From positions 82,276,001 through 82,340,000 of the forward strand of contig CM052816.1 of assembly GCA_028534125.1 (NCBI GenBank): DNA of 64,000 nt. Reading direction: 5' to 3'. The translations under genes and the position numbers were made by a program. Shown piece after piece: positions 50,689 through 63,335 of the stretch. This DNA comes from Lama glama. Its lineage: Eukaryota. The notes beneath the pieces were generated by a model. It was not told the origin of the DNA and searched no databases. It saw nothing but the letters and a program-made list of their open reading frames with translations. The first letter of the stretch is position 1. The number at the start of each line of letters is the position of its first letter.

Positions 50689-53600
50689 CTCTAATTTAAA
50701 TACTACAAAGTCAAGAAAGGTTAAAATGGCTAACATTTTATTTAATTCTTAACATTTTCTTCTCTCAGCTGAACAATCGAAATTCTTTTGCATTTTTCTC
50801 ATGGAAAGTATTTCTCACATTTTAACCATTCATCTGTGGACCAGTGAGAGCATCCTCATCTCCTTTTTGGTCTGGATATCTTACTTCAACAAAGGTCTGC
50901 TTATTACTGATATGATGAAAAACAAGTATTTCCTGGTCCTTGCATGACTTACTGAAATAAATGAGTTGCTGAAGTTCAAATTACTGTTTCCAAGTCATCT
51001 TTGTATCAGATTGCCTTTTTTTTTTTTTCCAAAGGAAATTGTATGAGCAAGGGGTGGAGGGGACAGCAGGGAGTTTAGGAGATGACTGCGGTCATCGGCC
51101 GTTGTTTGTTGGGTGAGACAGAAGCTTTGTCTGGTGAACTTGAACTGTGGAAGATTACGTAATCTGCTCTGAAGAAGCTGTCAACCTTGGCTGTGAGTTA
51201 CCAATGCGGTTCTTTGGTCATAAGAACAATTATAAGACCTGTCCTTTTATTCTTGTGAAGACCTAACACCATCAGTGAGTCACCTTCTCGGGAAATTTTT
51301 ATGGCTTCTCACAGATCGTTTCCTCTTCCTTTTTTTCTGTAAACAGTTAGGGAACAAATTTTTATTAATAAATTATATTTCTAGAACACCTTTTTTCTGC
51401 CAGAGCTCCCAGGTGGCAGTACAAACAGAAATAAAAACATAAATAAAATTATTTCTGATATCCCTTAACTCTGCCTGTTGTCTGAAGCAATCATTGTTAA
51501 TCCCAAGCATTTCACAGGTATTTGGAGTAAAGTTCTTAAAATCCTCCAGTCTTGGAGGATGGCAGCCTGTTTCAATGAACTATTTGTAAGATAAAGAGCT
51601 TTAACCTTTACAAACAACTAAGAGGTGTATAAAAACCTGACTTTTTGGACAGAATAAAGCCTTGGAAGAAAATGAAAAATGTAAGTGTTACATATTTTGG
51701 AGAAAATTTTTATAAAAATCTAGCCATATCTTAACCAAGAAGATTAACTTGGTGAAAGTAGCTAGCTACTTTAACATTTAGTGTGTTTTAAAAGACTAGG
51801 TTAGAATCTTAGCCAAAGAGTATAATTAACTGTAAGTTTTTGGCAAAATTTGAATGACTGTGTAGAAAATGGCTAAAGTTTGTGCTTGTAGCAATTATTT
51901 TAAAAATTTGTCTTAATCCTCAACCCAGAAAGCTAAGAATGGGAATCATTTGAAAATGAAACACACACGCATGCAGCATGAAAGTATTGTGTGTGAAGGT
52001 ATCATGAATGTATGGAGTTATTTAAAAGACAGATACATACTGGATGTGGAAGAATGATAAAATCCTCATAGAGTGCAATTGAACTTTTAGAATTCCATAA
52101 ACATAAAATATGCTGAGTTTTTTTTGTCTTATACCTCAGGGCATTTAAAATAAGCTCCTTATTTATTTATTTTTTCTTTGCGGACCCACTGACATCAGAA
52201 ACTGTCATGTCTGCATTACTTAGATTATAAACGAGAATCATTAAAGTCAGGCACTTTATACAGACTCTTTCAAATCAACTCTTGTCATTGGAGATTAACC
52301 AAGAGTTTAGACATTTCCCTGATTTAGGTCTCTCTGGAAATTAGGCTGTAACTCACGGTAACTCGGTCCTTGGAGGTCACTTGTTAGACCTGATACCTTT
52401 TAAGAAATCAATAATCAGTACCACAGCTTGCCTGAAACCAACTGATGATACATTAGTCTGTTTGTTTTCAGAGAATCCCACACACTGACATGGTTCTTGA
52501 AATCAGTGGGGCAATGATGAAGTGGTTAATCATTTGTTTTCTAGCCTTACACATATCTGAATTTATCATTAATCATCAGTGTCTGCAGTGTGCTTGCATT
52601 TTTTTTTGGACGGGTGAGTTATGAAAATATATATATATGTAACTGGTGAATAATATTAACAGAAAATGTGTGGAGAAATATAGGCGCTGTCAGTTCATTG
52701 TTTTGTGCTTAACTTTTGCCAGTATTCATTACTACAGAAGAACATTTGAATGACTTCACATCAACACTGTGACAACTACTTCAGTTCTTAGGAAATATTT
52801 ACAAAATACTTTGAAGCCATGGAAATTTTCACTGTGGCATATAATGATAGATATCTCTATTGTCTTTGTGTATTGTCTAGGTTCAGACTTGAAAGAGGAT
52901 ATCCAACAGCTGGAATATTCTATGTGTGGGTTTTTTAAGGATCCTGGTTAAAGTTTTTTCTCCCTCACTGTGTATATACATATAGTTTAAAAATTGGTTA
53001 TACTCCATACCTAAGGCTAACTGTAGTCTTTCAAATTTAGATTTATCACAATTATATTTCTGGAAAATTGTTAGGTCTGAAGGGGTTGATTTCCCCTACA
53101 CTTTCTGGCACCAGACATTAAACCCTTGAGGCCAGATACCACCCACCTAGTAGTCTCACTGGCAGAGTTGTTCAGTTATCTTTTGGTTTGGTGAATCTGA
53201 GATTTATGCTCTTCTACGAATTTGTCATTCTTGTTTGGTCTTTTCAAGGACAGTTCTTTACTTGTTAGCTGTTAGATTGTGAGGCCCACAAGCCGTGGCT
53301 CCTTGAAATCACTATTATGTCTCTGGTCAGTTAACAAATTGCACTTCTAGTACTTAGCATTGACCGATCAGTGGGAGAATATATGAATGGAGTCCTGAAT
53401 TGGTCAAATCTGGCTGTCAGAGCCAAAGTCATGGCCATGTGAGTTCATGAGTGCACGCAGGTAACTGCTAAGACTCTCAGACCAGTTTCTGTGACAAACG
53501 TATTCTTTGCTCTCCTCGTATCATATATTTGCTTCTTGAATTTCCAGTGCCTTACTAACTCCTTTATTTTTGAGTGCACTATATTTGCTCCCTGCTGTTT

Positions 53601-54149
53601 CCACTTCTGCTAAATCCCAGTCTTATAGAATGTTTTCTAGAAGTACCTACAGCATTCCTTTTTGGATAGAGAAATTAGAATGCAGAGGATTAACCTGAAT
53701 TTAGTTATTTGAAATAGAGGTATTTCAGACGTCTGAACCCTGAGTCACCTTTTAAAACCTTGTCTGGTATTTAGGAGACACTCAATAAATATTTCTTAAA
53801 TGAGTGATTAAACATTGAATTAATCTTTAATGATGCCAACCAACCTCACACCTTATCGTATGTCTTCCATTTGCTGGTCAAACATTTCAGAAATTTTTCA
53901 CTGTGATACAGCCTGAAATTCAAACTTCTTATCTTGTCAGTCAGATTTCAAAATAATTTGCATCATGTATATTTTCAATTCTTACCTTGCATTTTGTCCT
54001 TGCAAGAAAGAAAGTTCAAAAATCATTGATGCTAATAGTAAATCATACACTTATTACATAAGAATAATACACATACAGTATATCTTTGTGGGTTTTTTGA
54101 ATGATGGTTTAGGTATTTGAACATCATATATTAAATATTTGAATATTAG

Positions 54150-55030
54150 GAAAGATCTATACTCTGAAAACTAAAAAAATTGATGACAGAATTTGAAAAA
54201 TGGTACAAAGAAATGGAAAGATAAACTGTGTTCTTGGATTAGAAGAATTAATATTGATAAAATGTCTGTATGACCCAAAGCAATCTACAGATTTAATGCA
54301 ATCCTATCAAAATACCCATGACATTTTTCAGAGAACTAGAACAAATAATTCTAAAATTTGTATGGAATGACAAAAGATCCTGAATAGGCAAAGGAATCAG
54401 AGAAATAAGAACAGAGCTGGGGCTATCACACCCCCCGACTTGAGACTATACTACAAAGCTATAGTAATCAAAACATTATGGTACTGGCACAAAAATGGAC
54501 ACATCAATCAATGGCACAGAATAGACAGGCCAGAAATAAAAGAATGCACTTACAGTCAAGAAATCTATGACAAAGAAGGCAAGAATATACAATGTAGAAA
54601 AGATAGTCTCTTCCATAAGTGGTGCTGGGAAAACTGGCAGTTACATCTAAATCAGTGAGATTAGAACATTTCCTCACAGTGTATACAAAAATGCAGTCAA
54701 GATGGACTAAAGACCTAAATGTTAAGACCTGAAACGTAGAACTCCTGGAAGAGAACATAGGCAGAACACTGACTGACATAAACTGTAGCAGTATTTTTGT
54801 GGGTTTGTCTTCTAAAGCAAAAGAAGTAAAAGCAAGAAGAACAAATGGGACCTAACTAAACTTAAAAGCTTTTGCACAGCAAAGGAAACCATTCATAAAA
54901 GGAAAGGACAACCTACTGAATAAGAGAATATATTTGCAAATGATATGACCAACAAGGGGTTAATATCTAAAGTATGTAAATAGTTCATGTAACTCACTAT
55001 CAAAACACCAAACAACCCAGTTAAAAAATG
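54150..55030 (+). mobile_element. L1 ORF2 internal fragment (disabled)
   Basis: Translates to [32 protein letters not shown]...[12 protein letters not shown], typical of L1 ORF2p downstream of the RT domain; contains stops and frameshifts. Confidence 0.93.
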
Positions 55031-55379
55031 TTTTGCCTAGATTTTGTGTATACTCAGTATAAACAATTGCTAAAAGTATTAATTACAAGATTGAAAAAAT
55101 ATATCTGTATTATATAAAATATACTCGATATCAGTAAAAGACCTTTGCCTTAATTTCTCTAGCTATATGTTCTGATGCTTCTTCTCAGCATCTACATATA
55201 CTTAAATATATTCTTCAAAGACAAAATGAAGCACCAAACCAAACCAACCCAAACATTACCTCAGAATCAGTGTCTTTTCTAGCTTGTACCGTTTTCAATT
55301 TTATCGTCAGACCCAAAATTCTCACAAGACTTGTCTACCCAAGTGGCAGCCTTTCATCTCTTCCCATTCAATCCTCAGT

Positions 55380-56790
55380 TCATTCTCATCTGGCCTTTTC
55401 TCTCTTTTCTTCAGCAGGAAGACTCTTTTAAGACTACAAGTGAAATCCTTATTTCCAAATCTGTATCTGTGTTCTTTGCTTCTCACTAGCAACTGACATT
55501 CTTGGCTACTCTCCTTGAAACACTTCCTTGGACGTCAGCTATGTGAGTCTCCCTTTTACCTTTCAGGCTGAACCTTCCCTTTACAGGCTCATTTCCCTCT
55601 ACCTGGCCATTGAATGCTGAAATTCATCAAGGCTCTAGCCTCAGCTCCCTTCTGTTTTCTGTGTGTTCTCTCTAGGGTATGTTATTCACATCCACAGTTT
55701 AATTTACCATCTGTATGATAAGGACTCTGAAATTGGTATTTTGATCTCAGACTTCTCTTAGCTCCAATTTTGCATATACATATTGTGCCTATTTAAAATC
55801 TCTTTTTAAATGTTTCAAAGGTGCCTTAAACTCAACATGTCTAAAATTGCATCCATTGCCTTCTGTTCGAAACTCAATTATCCTCCTGTGTTTCCTATCA
55901 CAGTGAATTCTACCACATCTCATTCAACCTACTTCTGTGCTGTGCTCCAGCTACACTGGCTTGCCTGCCATTCTTTGAATAAACCAGGATAATTTCTATC
56001 AGAAGACCTGTGCATTTGCTTTTCCTTCTGCCAGGAATGTCTCGCCTCGAAAGCTTCCCATGACTCTGTCTTATTCTTTATTCACTTCTTGTTTCAATAG
56101 TACCTCCTAAAGAAGCTCTCCCTTGAGTATCCCATCTAAAGGAGTGGCTCACACACACCTGCTGTTCTCTGCATATTAGTTTTTCTTTTTCATGCTTATA
56201 AGTATCTATTATGATTTTACATTTTATATACGCATTGCATTTTCCTCAAACTAGAATCTAAGCTCCTTAAGTTGTGTTGTTCATAACTGTCAAAAATAGT
56301 GTCTACCACATACTGCAAGTAAGTTTTGCTTATTAGTCCCCAAATGCCTTGATTTCTCTTTATCCCCATTGCCACTACCCTAGTCTAAGCTATCATCATC
56401 TCTTGCCTGCAATAGTTTACTGGCTATATCCATTTAGTTGCCTTTCAATCCACATATGTTCTGCCCAGCAGCTAAAGTGGCATTTTTACAGAACCAAATC
56501 TGATGATGCTTCTTTACTCTTTAAAAACATTCAAGCATTTCCAATTCTCAAAGTAATGATCAGAATCTCCAACATGAGCTGTAAAGCCAAGCATGATCTC
56601 CACCTTGTACTGCTTTCCCCCTTGCTCTCTTTCTTCCGACTACTCTAGTGTTCTGAAGTTTCCTCAAGTGCATTGTTTTCCTCCCATCTTGGAATCTTTC
56701 GTATGTTTCTTTGGCTTGGAAGTTTCCAACTGTGCCCACTCTAGCTCTACACTTAACCTGGTTAATTCCTACTTAGTCGTCAAATTTTTC
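55380..56790 (+). mobile_element. L2 LINE fragments
   Basis: GGTGCCTTAAACTCAACATGTCTAAAATTG, TGCATTTGCTTTTCCTTCTGCCAGGAATG, CTAGAATCTAAGCTCCTT, CCACTACCCTAGTCTAAGCTATCATCATCTCTTGCCTG. Confidence 0.8.
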
Positions 56791-56964
56791 AGTCTACAGT
56801 CCGATATACTGTGTGTCTGGCACTATGCTGTGACCTAAAGTACAAAGGTGACCTGAAAAGATGAGACTCTACTCTCTTACCCTTTCAGTTTAGAGCAGAA
56901 ACCTGATATAAACTAACTTGACTCCCAATAATAACTCTTTCTAACCCTGTAACCTTTTCACGAT

Positions 56965-57108
56965 GTTTTTGTTTGTTTGTTTTTTTTGGTTTGGTTTTTT
57001 GGGGGGGGGTATAGGTTTATTTATTTATTTAAATAGGGGTACTGGGAATTGAACCAGGTCCTCATGCATGCTAGGCATGCACTTTACCACCGAACTATAC
57101 CCTGTCCC
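56965..57108 (-). mobile_element. tRNA-derived SINE (camelid-type)
   Basis: Minus strand GGGACAGGGTATAGTTCGGTGGTAAAGTGCATGCCTAGCATGCATGAGGACCTGGTTCAATTCCCAGTACCCC, then (AAAT)n-AAACCTATA-C9 and an A-rich tail; TSD TTTCACGAT/TTTCACAAT. Confidence 0.9.
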
Positions 57109-58374
57109 CCTTTCACAATTTGTAACTATACATATTTATTAATTTATGGGATTGGTTTTTACCTCCTTCCCCAGCAGTCAGCTTCATGATTTGCAGTATG
57201 TATTTGTGGAATAAATAAGTGCATGACATCCATTCAGTATATACTTCTTGAACACTTACTTTATACATATTAGAACCCAAACTTGGCTTCAATAATAATA
57301 TTTTGTAAATCTGTCACATACTTTCAGTGAAGACAATTCTGTGGTTAAAATCTGAGGCATCTGTTATTACACACTCAGCTCAAGCTTTACATTCTGTAGC
57401 ATTTTTTCTCTCTTTTGTATAATCTAAGTTTCATTTCCAAATATACCTGTAATTATGCCTAATAGGAATTTTGCTTGTGCTCTTGTTTACGATATCCTTT
57501 GATGAAATTGCAACTTTGGTCACATATAATCCTGATTGAATGGGCTCAGTGGCCTTTGCCACAAGCATTTAAGTTAATCTGTTGGCAACATGGAGAGAAC
57601 ACATTTCTTTCTATTTGGCAGGATATTAACTCATTTCAGCCACGGAAGCTGTAATTTTCTGAATGGTATCCTAGTGGCTGGCAAAAGTTAATGCAGGTTT
57701 CCAGTCCCTTTCTCATGCCAATGGTGCAATTTACACACTGAGAATCTGGCTAGATGTATGTTGTATTAAACCAATGCATGATGTAAAAACATGATGAGTT
57801 CAACTCAGCAAGTGTGCTTTGAATTCTAATCTGCGAAAAGTCCTTTTTCAGTGCTAGTCAGGGATAAACTAAAAAAGTATGCAAGTCAGAACTTTCAGTA
57901 ATGTTGTAGTCTTACTGGGGCGATAAAACTTACACGCACTTCCATGGGTACTTCATGCCGTCATCCAACAGCATTATTTATTCTTGACGTCTTCCAAATA
58001 CTAATTCCCTGTTCCAAATTCCCTCTTTGTAAGAAGCCCACTATTTGTGTGGTTACACAGTTTTGAAATCTTGGAATTCTATGAGGCCAACCTCTTTTTG
58101 TTTATATCCTGGGTCTGCTCGGTCAGCGAGTGGTACCAGTCCCTGCCGAATACTCACTCTCTTTTAAACCCTATCATTTGCATTCCTGTGACTCACATTA
58201 CCTTTATCTTTTTACCCAACGAAGGCATAAGTTTCTAAACTATTTTATAGAGCTGGGCCAGTGGGATGTCATTCACCAAGGAAAAAAAAATGCAAATGGC
58301 ACCCTGTGGGCTGTGCAAAGAGGTGGCTCTCCTATAGAGGATCATCTAACCAACCATTGTTAAATGAGTTTTCA

Positions 58375-58520
58375 TTAGAAACCTTCAGATGAAAAGGAAT
58401 TCACTGTTTAATTAATTTCAAGGTTGGATATTTCTGATGGTATTAAGTTCTTCCTACAGTGTACCGAAATCTATCCTTTCTTTTTTGGTTCTTCCTATTT
58501 CTTCTATTTGACAATCTAAA
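58375..58520 (-). mobile_element. Probable L3/CR1 3' remnant
   Basis: AAACCTTCAGATGAAAAGGAATTCACT...AAGTTCTTCCTACAGTGTACCGAAATCT resembles the L3 antisense 3' region. Confidence 0.4.
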
Positions 58521-60049
58521 TATTTGGAGAAACCATAGTGCCCTACAACATATAAACACCATCAGATATGTTCATCCTTCCTCTAAGTGTTTCTCACATG
58601 GTGAGGTATCTACACCTCCCAAAAGGCCCCTTGAGCTGAGACAGAGCTGGGACTTACTTCTCTAGATTTTAATCTAATAGGTTTTAAAAAAGCTTCTGTT
58701 TTCTCATAACTGGATTTAGTTTTACTCAAGAGGCTATTAAATTCCATCAAATGTGATATTGTAAAGATACTATATTTTAAGATACTTGTTTTTAAATGTT
58801 ATAAAAGGGGAAAATACATTCTGGGCAGAAAGGTACTTTAAGAGCTTAAACCCAACAGATTGTATGTATCATAGGCATTCCTTAAAGCAGTTAGTTGACA
58901 AAATTTCCATTTTAGCTACTATAGGAGGCTAAATAAACCAATACTCTACATTTGATACTTTTTAATAGACTCAAAATTGGGGGAGATATTTGAGCCTCTG
59001 TACTTAAGTGAAATCTGAAAAAGCAAGTTTATTTTATCTTTAACATGAAACTTTAATAAGATTTCTAGGTGCAAAATATACTTGAAGTGATAAATTGGAC
59101 TTTGAATAATTGGTTAACATAGCAAGTATTTTGTGCTTTGGAAGCTAGGACACTTTATGCAAGATAACTTCAAGAAAATCAATATAATATTTCTACAGAT
59201 TTTCTCCTTGTTAAAAGATTGCTCATTTTCCACAAGAAGAGATGTTAAAATACCCAAAAGCATATTTTTTGTTCCCAGTATGCTCTCAGAAGTTAAAAGT
59301 GATATTGTCTCAATGCTTTGTATTTCAGAATATGATAAAAACACAAATAATTATTTTGGATACAAATTATGAGAGCTAGTTAAGATAGAGTGTGTGCTTT
59401 GTAAAAGTAGCCTATCTGAGCTGTTGACCAACTGCCTTGCAGTTGTAGTTGTTAATCAGATTTCTATAGTCCAGGAGCAGAAGGAAGAGAACATGGCTAC
59501 AGAATATGTAATTGATGGAGGGAGGCCCTCTTCCCATTCTCTGTCATTGCAGTCGATGGTAATACTACTTTACGGACAGGAAATTGTAAAGGAAACAGAG
59601 CCTCCTTTATTTTCTTTTTTCAGTCTCGAAAAGCAAGGACCATTTTGATAAACTTAGGTAGATTTAGGGAGCATCACATCAGACACTCTCCAATGGACCA
59701 TAAAGTTATTTTTGCAAGTCCCCCTAGGATAAACTAAGAGATACCCTAACTTCTTCTTTGTACATCTTTCTATCTGGAATATTAATGCTGTTTATTTTGG
59801 TGCCCATAGTTTTGGATGCACTAAATTGTTTGAATTCTTCCCTTAATAGGTTAGTTCCATTTGTATTCGAACATCCCCAGTGATGTCTTGATTGCCAAAT
59901 GCAGTAGGTGTGTTTCTGTCATTGTCTTATTGAGGATGCATTTGACATTTCTGTGACACCCTACTCTCACATGCTTCTCATCATAATGCTTGTCTCGACT
60001 CCCTTCATGTGCTCCCTTCTCTCTATCCATCCCTCAAATGCATGTGTTT

Positions 60050-60535
60050 CTTATGGTGGCAGATCCTGCTCATTACTTATTCAATATCCATTCTTTTCTT
60101 GTCTTTACCAATGAAATCCTGATTTTAGTGGGGCCAAACCACACTACAGGTAAATGTAGTCATTTCTCAAGGCCCTTTGGAGAGCAGTTCTGAGCAAGGA
60201 GATGGAATAAAAAATTCTTAACGGTGGGTTTCTGCAAAAATTATTGTTTTCTGGATAAAAAGGGACATTTGCCCCTTCTCTTTCCTCTTCTTTCTGCCAA
60301 GAGTGCAAAGGATGCACATCAAATGCCTGAAGGTAGACAGGCCAACTTGTGACCTTGAGGGTGAAAAGAAAAACCAAGGAGACTTAGAAAAAAGCAAAGT
60401 CAGACAGATAATTGGTTCTTTCTTTCTTGATCTGCCTCCCTCTGGACTTCTCGTTATGTCATAAAAATAAGTCCCTCTTTGGTTAAGCCACTATGATTTT
60501 TGCTTACTTGCAGCCTGAAGCAAATCATGCCAATC
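60050..60535 (+). mobile_element. Old MaLR LTR (MLT1J/K-like)
   Basis: CTTGTGACCTTGAGG...CTCTGGACTTCTCGTTATG..AAAATAAGTCCCTCTTTGGTTAAGCCACT...CTTACTTGCAGCCTGAAGCA. Confidence 0.7.
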
Positions 60536-61149
60536 TTTGCATATATATTGTGTTTTTAAAATGTTTTAAATATTTTAGTATTTTTATATTTATTTATTTA
60601 TGTTTACTTTGTTTTTGTCTTGTGTTTTAACTGTTAACACAATGTCTCACTTTAATGAAAACTCCTTAAATGCAGAGGTTGGGTTCTTCACTGCTGTACC
60701 CAAGTTACCTAGCACACATTGAGGAAAAAGCAAGAACACATTCTCTGATTCATTAGACATGAGTAAGAAATAGAATTGGAAATTATAGAATCCGTGGGAA
60801 TGTCTATCATTTTTGCACTGTTCAAACTTTTATGTTATACTCTTTTTTTGGTAAAAAGTATAATAACTTTTACTGGGAGCCCTAAAAATTAGTAATTGAG
60901 TCCAAGGGTCCTGGTAACAAGGAGTTGCAGAGATCCCATCAAGACAGGGAGATCAGCTTTAAACAGATGGACTTCTCTCACATAATAGGAAGGAAGGAGA
61001 AGAGGATGGCTGCAGGTGGGTGGTGCTGTAGATACTCAAGCAAGCATTCAGAAAGAGAAGAGACTGGTCTGAGAGTGACAGTCTTTCTGGTTTTACTTCT
61101 TTGCTAGTTTTCTAGTTTGTCTACCACCACTGTCATACTTAGAAATGTT

Positions 61150-61530
61150 ATCCCTCTCCTGGACAACTCTATGGCCTCCAGCTTTGGTTTTTTTTCACAT
61201 TAGTCCACAATCATCCAAGTCCTATCTAAAGTGAAAATTTGGTCTTGTTCGTCCATTGTCTAAAAGCCCTTCAAAGCCCCTTATAGCCAGATACAAGAAT
61301 CTCAGCATGACGCACTGGTCCCTCCCTGGTCTGCTTGCCCTGTTTCTTCCCACTCTATGCCTCACCCTCCAGTGCCTCCCCTGCTGGGAACATTTGCACT
61401 GTTCTGCATGGCCCCTGTCCCTCTTTGCCCCCACACTCTTCACAGGTTGTCTTCACTGCCCATGCTCCTGGTCACTTGCCTGGCTGCTTGGCTAATGCCA
61501 CTTGATTTTTTTAAGACTAAGCTCTACTCT
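61150..61530 (+). mobile_element. L2 fragment
   Basis: TCTCCTGGACAACTCTATGGCCTCC...AAAAGCCCTTCAAAGCCCC...TGCCTGGCTGCTTGGCTAATGCC. Confidence 0.55.
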
Positions 61531-61559
61531 GTCGAAAGTCTACTAGTATCTACTGTCTA

Positions 61560-61770
61560 CTATGGCAGCTTCAACCACTTGATAGCTGTGCAACCTTGGA
61601 TAAGTTACTAAACCCTTTATTTTCCTCATTGGTAAAATGGGTATAATAATGGGACTGACCTTATGGGGTTGTTGTGAAGTTGGAATGGGTCAACACACGT
61701 AAAAATACTTAGAACATAGTAAATAGGCACACAATGTATTAGTGTATAATGTATGAGTTATTATTATTAA
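61560..61770 (+). mobile_element. MIR SINE
   Basis: AGCTGTGCAACCTTGGATAAGTTACT...TTTCCTCATTGGTAAAATGGGTATAATAAT. Confidence 0.85.
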
Positions 61771-61872
61771 GATAACTTCTCCAGCCCTTCTCTAATAAGT
61801 CTGAATCAGATATATCTGCACTATGTTCCCATGATGATATGTCATATTTGTGGTTTTTGTCTTACCATTAAC

Positions 61873-62115
61873 AGGCAGTACAGCACTGTGGAGCCAGAGT
61901 ACTTGGGTTTGAATTTTAGTTCTGCTCCTTACTAGCTGTGTGGCCCCAAGCATGTTAATAACCTCTCTGTGTCTTATTTTCCTCATTGGTAAAGTAGAGG
62001 TAATATAGGATCTATTTCACAGATTGTGGTGAGGAATAAATGAGTTAATATATATTAAACTCTTAGAACAATGCCTGGAATGTAGTAAATGTTATAGAAG
62101 CCTTTGCTGTGCTAA
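61873..62115 (+). mobile_element. MIR SINE (near full length)
   Basis: GGAGCCAGAGTACTTGGGTTTGAAT...CTTACTAGCTGTGTGGCC...AACCTCTCTGTGTCTTATTTTCCTCATTGGTAAAG...AAATGAGTTAATA. Confidence 0.9.
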
Positions 62116-62157
62116 TTAAATATTTATAGGTATGTTTTTAATCACCAGAAAGTGAAG

Positions 62158-63128
62158 TTTCTTTCCTTCCCAGTTTTATTGAGGTGTAATTGACATATAA
62201 CATTGTGTAAGTTTAAAGTGTACAACATAATGGTTTGACATATGAGCATACTGAGAAATAATTACAATGATAAGGTTAGTTAACACATCCATCACCTCAC
62301 ATAGCTACAATTTTGTGTGTGGTGAGAACTTTTAAGATCTAGCAACTCTCAAATATACAATATAGTATTGTTAACTATGGTCACCATGTTGCAGATTACA
62401 TCCTCAGAACTTACTCATCTTATAACTTGAGTTTATGTCCTTTGACCAACTTCACCAATTCTTCTCCACCCACCTCTGCCACACACACACACACACACAC
62501 AGCACTACACACACAGACCACCCTAGGCAGCCACCAATCTGTTGTTTCTATGGTTTGATTTTTTTAGATTTCACATGCAAGTTGTATCATACAGTATTTA
62601 TCTTTCTCTTTCTGACTTAGTTCACTTAGCTTAATGTCTTCAAGGTCCATTTGTGTTGCAAGTGGCAGAATTTCCTTTTTTAATGGCTGAAATGTATGTG
62701 TATATATGTATATAATGATAATGTATATATCCCACATTATTTTTATCCATTCATCCATCAGTGGACACTTCGGTTGTTTCTGTATTTTGGAGATAGTAAA
62801 CAAAGCTGCAGTGAATGGAGTGGGGGAGGGGTTCAGATAGCTCTTTGAGACAGTGATCTCATTTCCTTCAGATACATACCCTCAAGTGGAATTGCTGGAT
62901 TATATGGTAGTTCTGTGATCTATTTGTTGTTCAGGAGTGTGTGTGGTTTAATTTCCATATTTTTGTCAATTTCCAGCTTTTCTCCTGTTACTGGTTTCTT
63001 GTTTCATATCAATGTGGTCATAAAAGATACTTGACATAATCTCCATCTTCTTGAATTTGTTGAGACGTGTTTTGTATACTAATATATGATCTATCCTGGT
63101 GAATGTTCTGTCTTCATTAGAGAAGACA
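62158..63128 (-). mobile_element. Internally deleted L1: endonuclease-region piece fused to ORF2 end and 3' UTR
   Basis: 62158-62914 is L1MA9/10-like 3' UTR plus ORF2 end, with (CA)n at ~62480; 62911-63128(-) translates to FSNEDRTFTRIDHILVYKTRLNKFKKMEIMSSIFYDHIDMK (L1 EN C-terminus). Confidence 0.88.
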
Positions 63129-63224
63129 CCCTGGTTGTCTTGTCTATGGGTAGTTGCTGGTTGGTCTTCTTGTGAAGGGGGCTGAAGTCAGGAACCACCT
63201 GTGTCATTATCCCGATGACTGGAC

Positions 63225-63335
63225 ATGAGCTTTCTGAAGGCAGGGGTTGTGACATTCATTTTATAAATTTTTGGTACCTAATGATGCACCAGGTATATAG
63301 TTGACATTCATCAAATATTTCTTGAATTAATAGAT
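63225..63335 (+). mobile_element. L2 3' end
   Basis: TGAGCTTTCTGAAGGCAGGGG...ATTCATCAAATATTTCTTGAATTAAT. Confidence 0.65.

Noticed and set aside
51403..51421. CTCF-like motif GAGCTCCCAGGTGGCAGTA (weaker one at ~18538-18551, minus strand)
   Set aside because: Mismatches in the 5' core; cannot be supported without PWM scoring or ChIP data.
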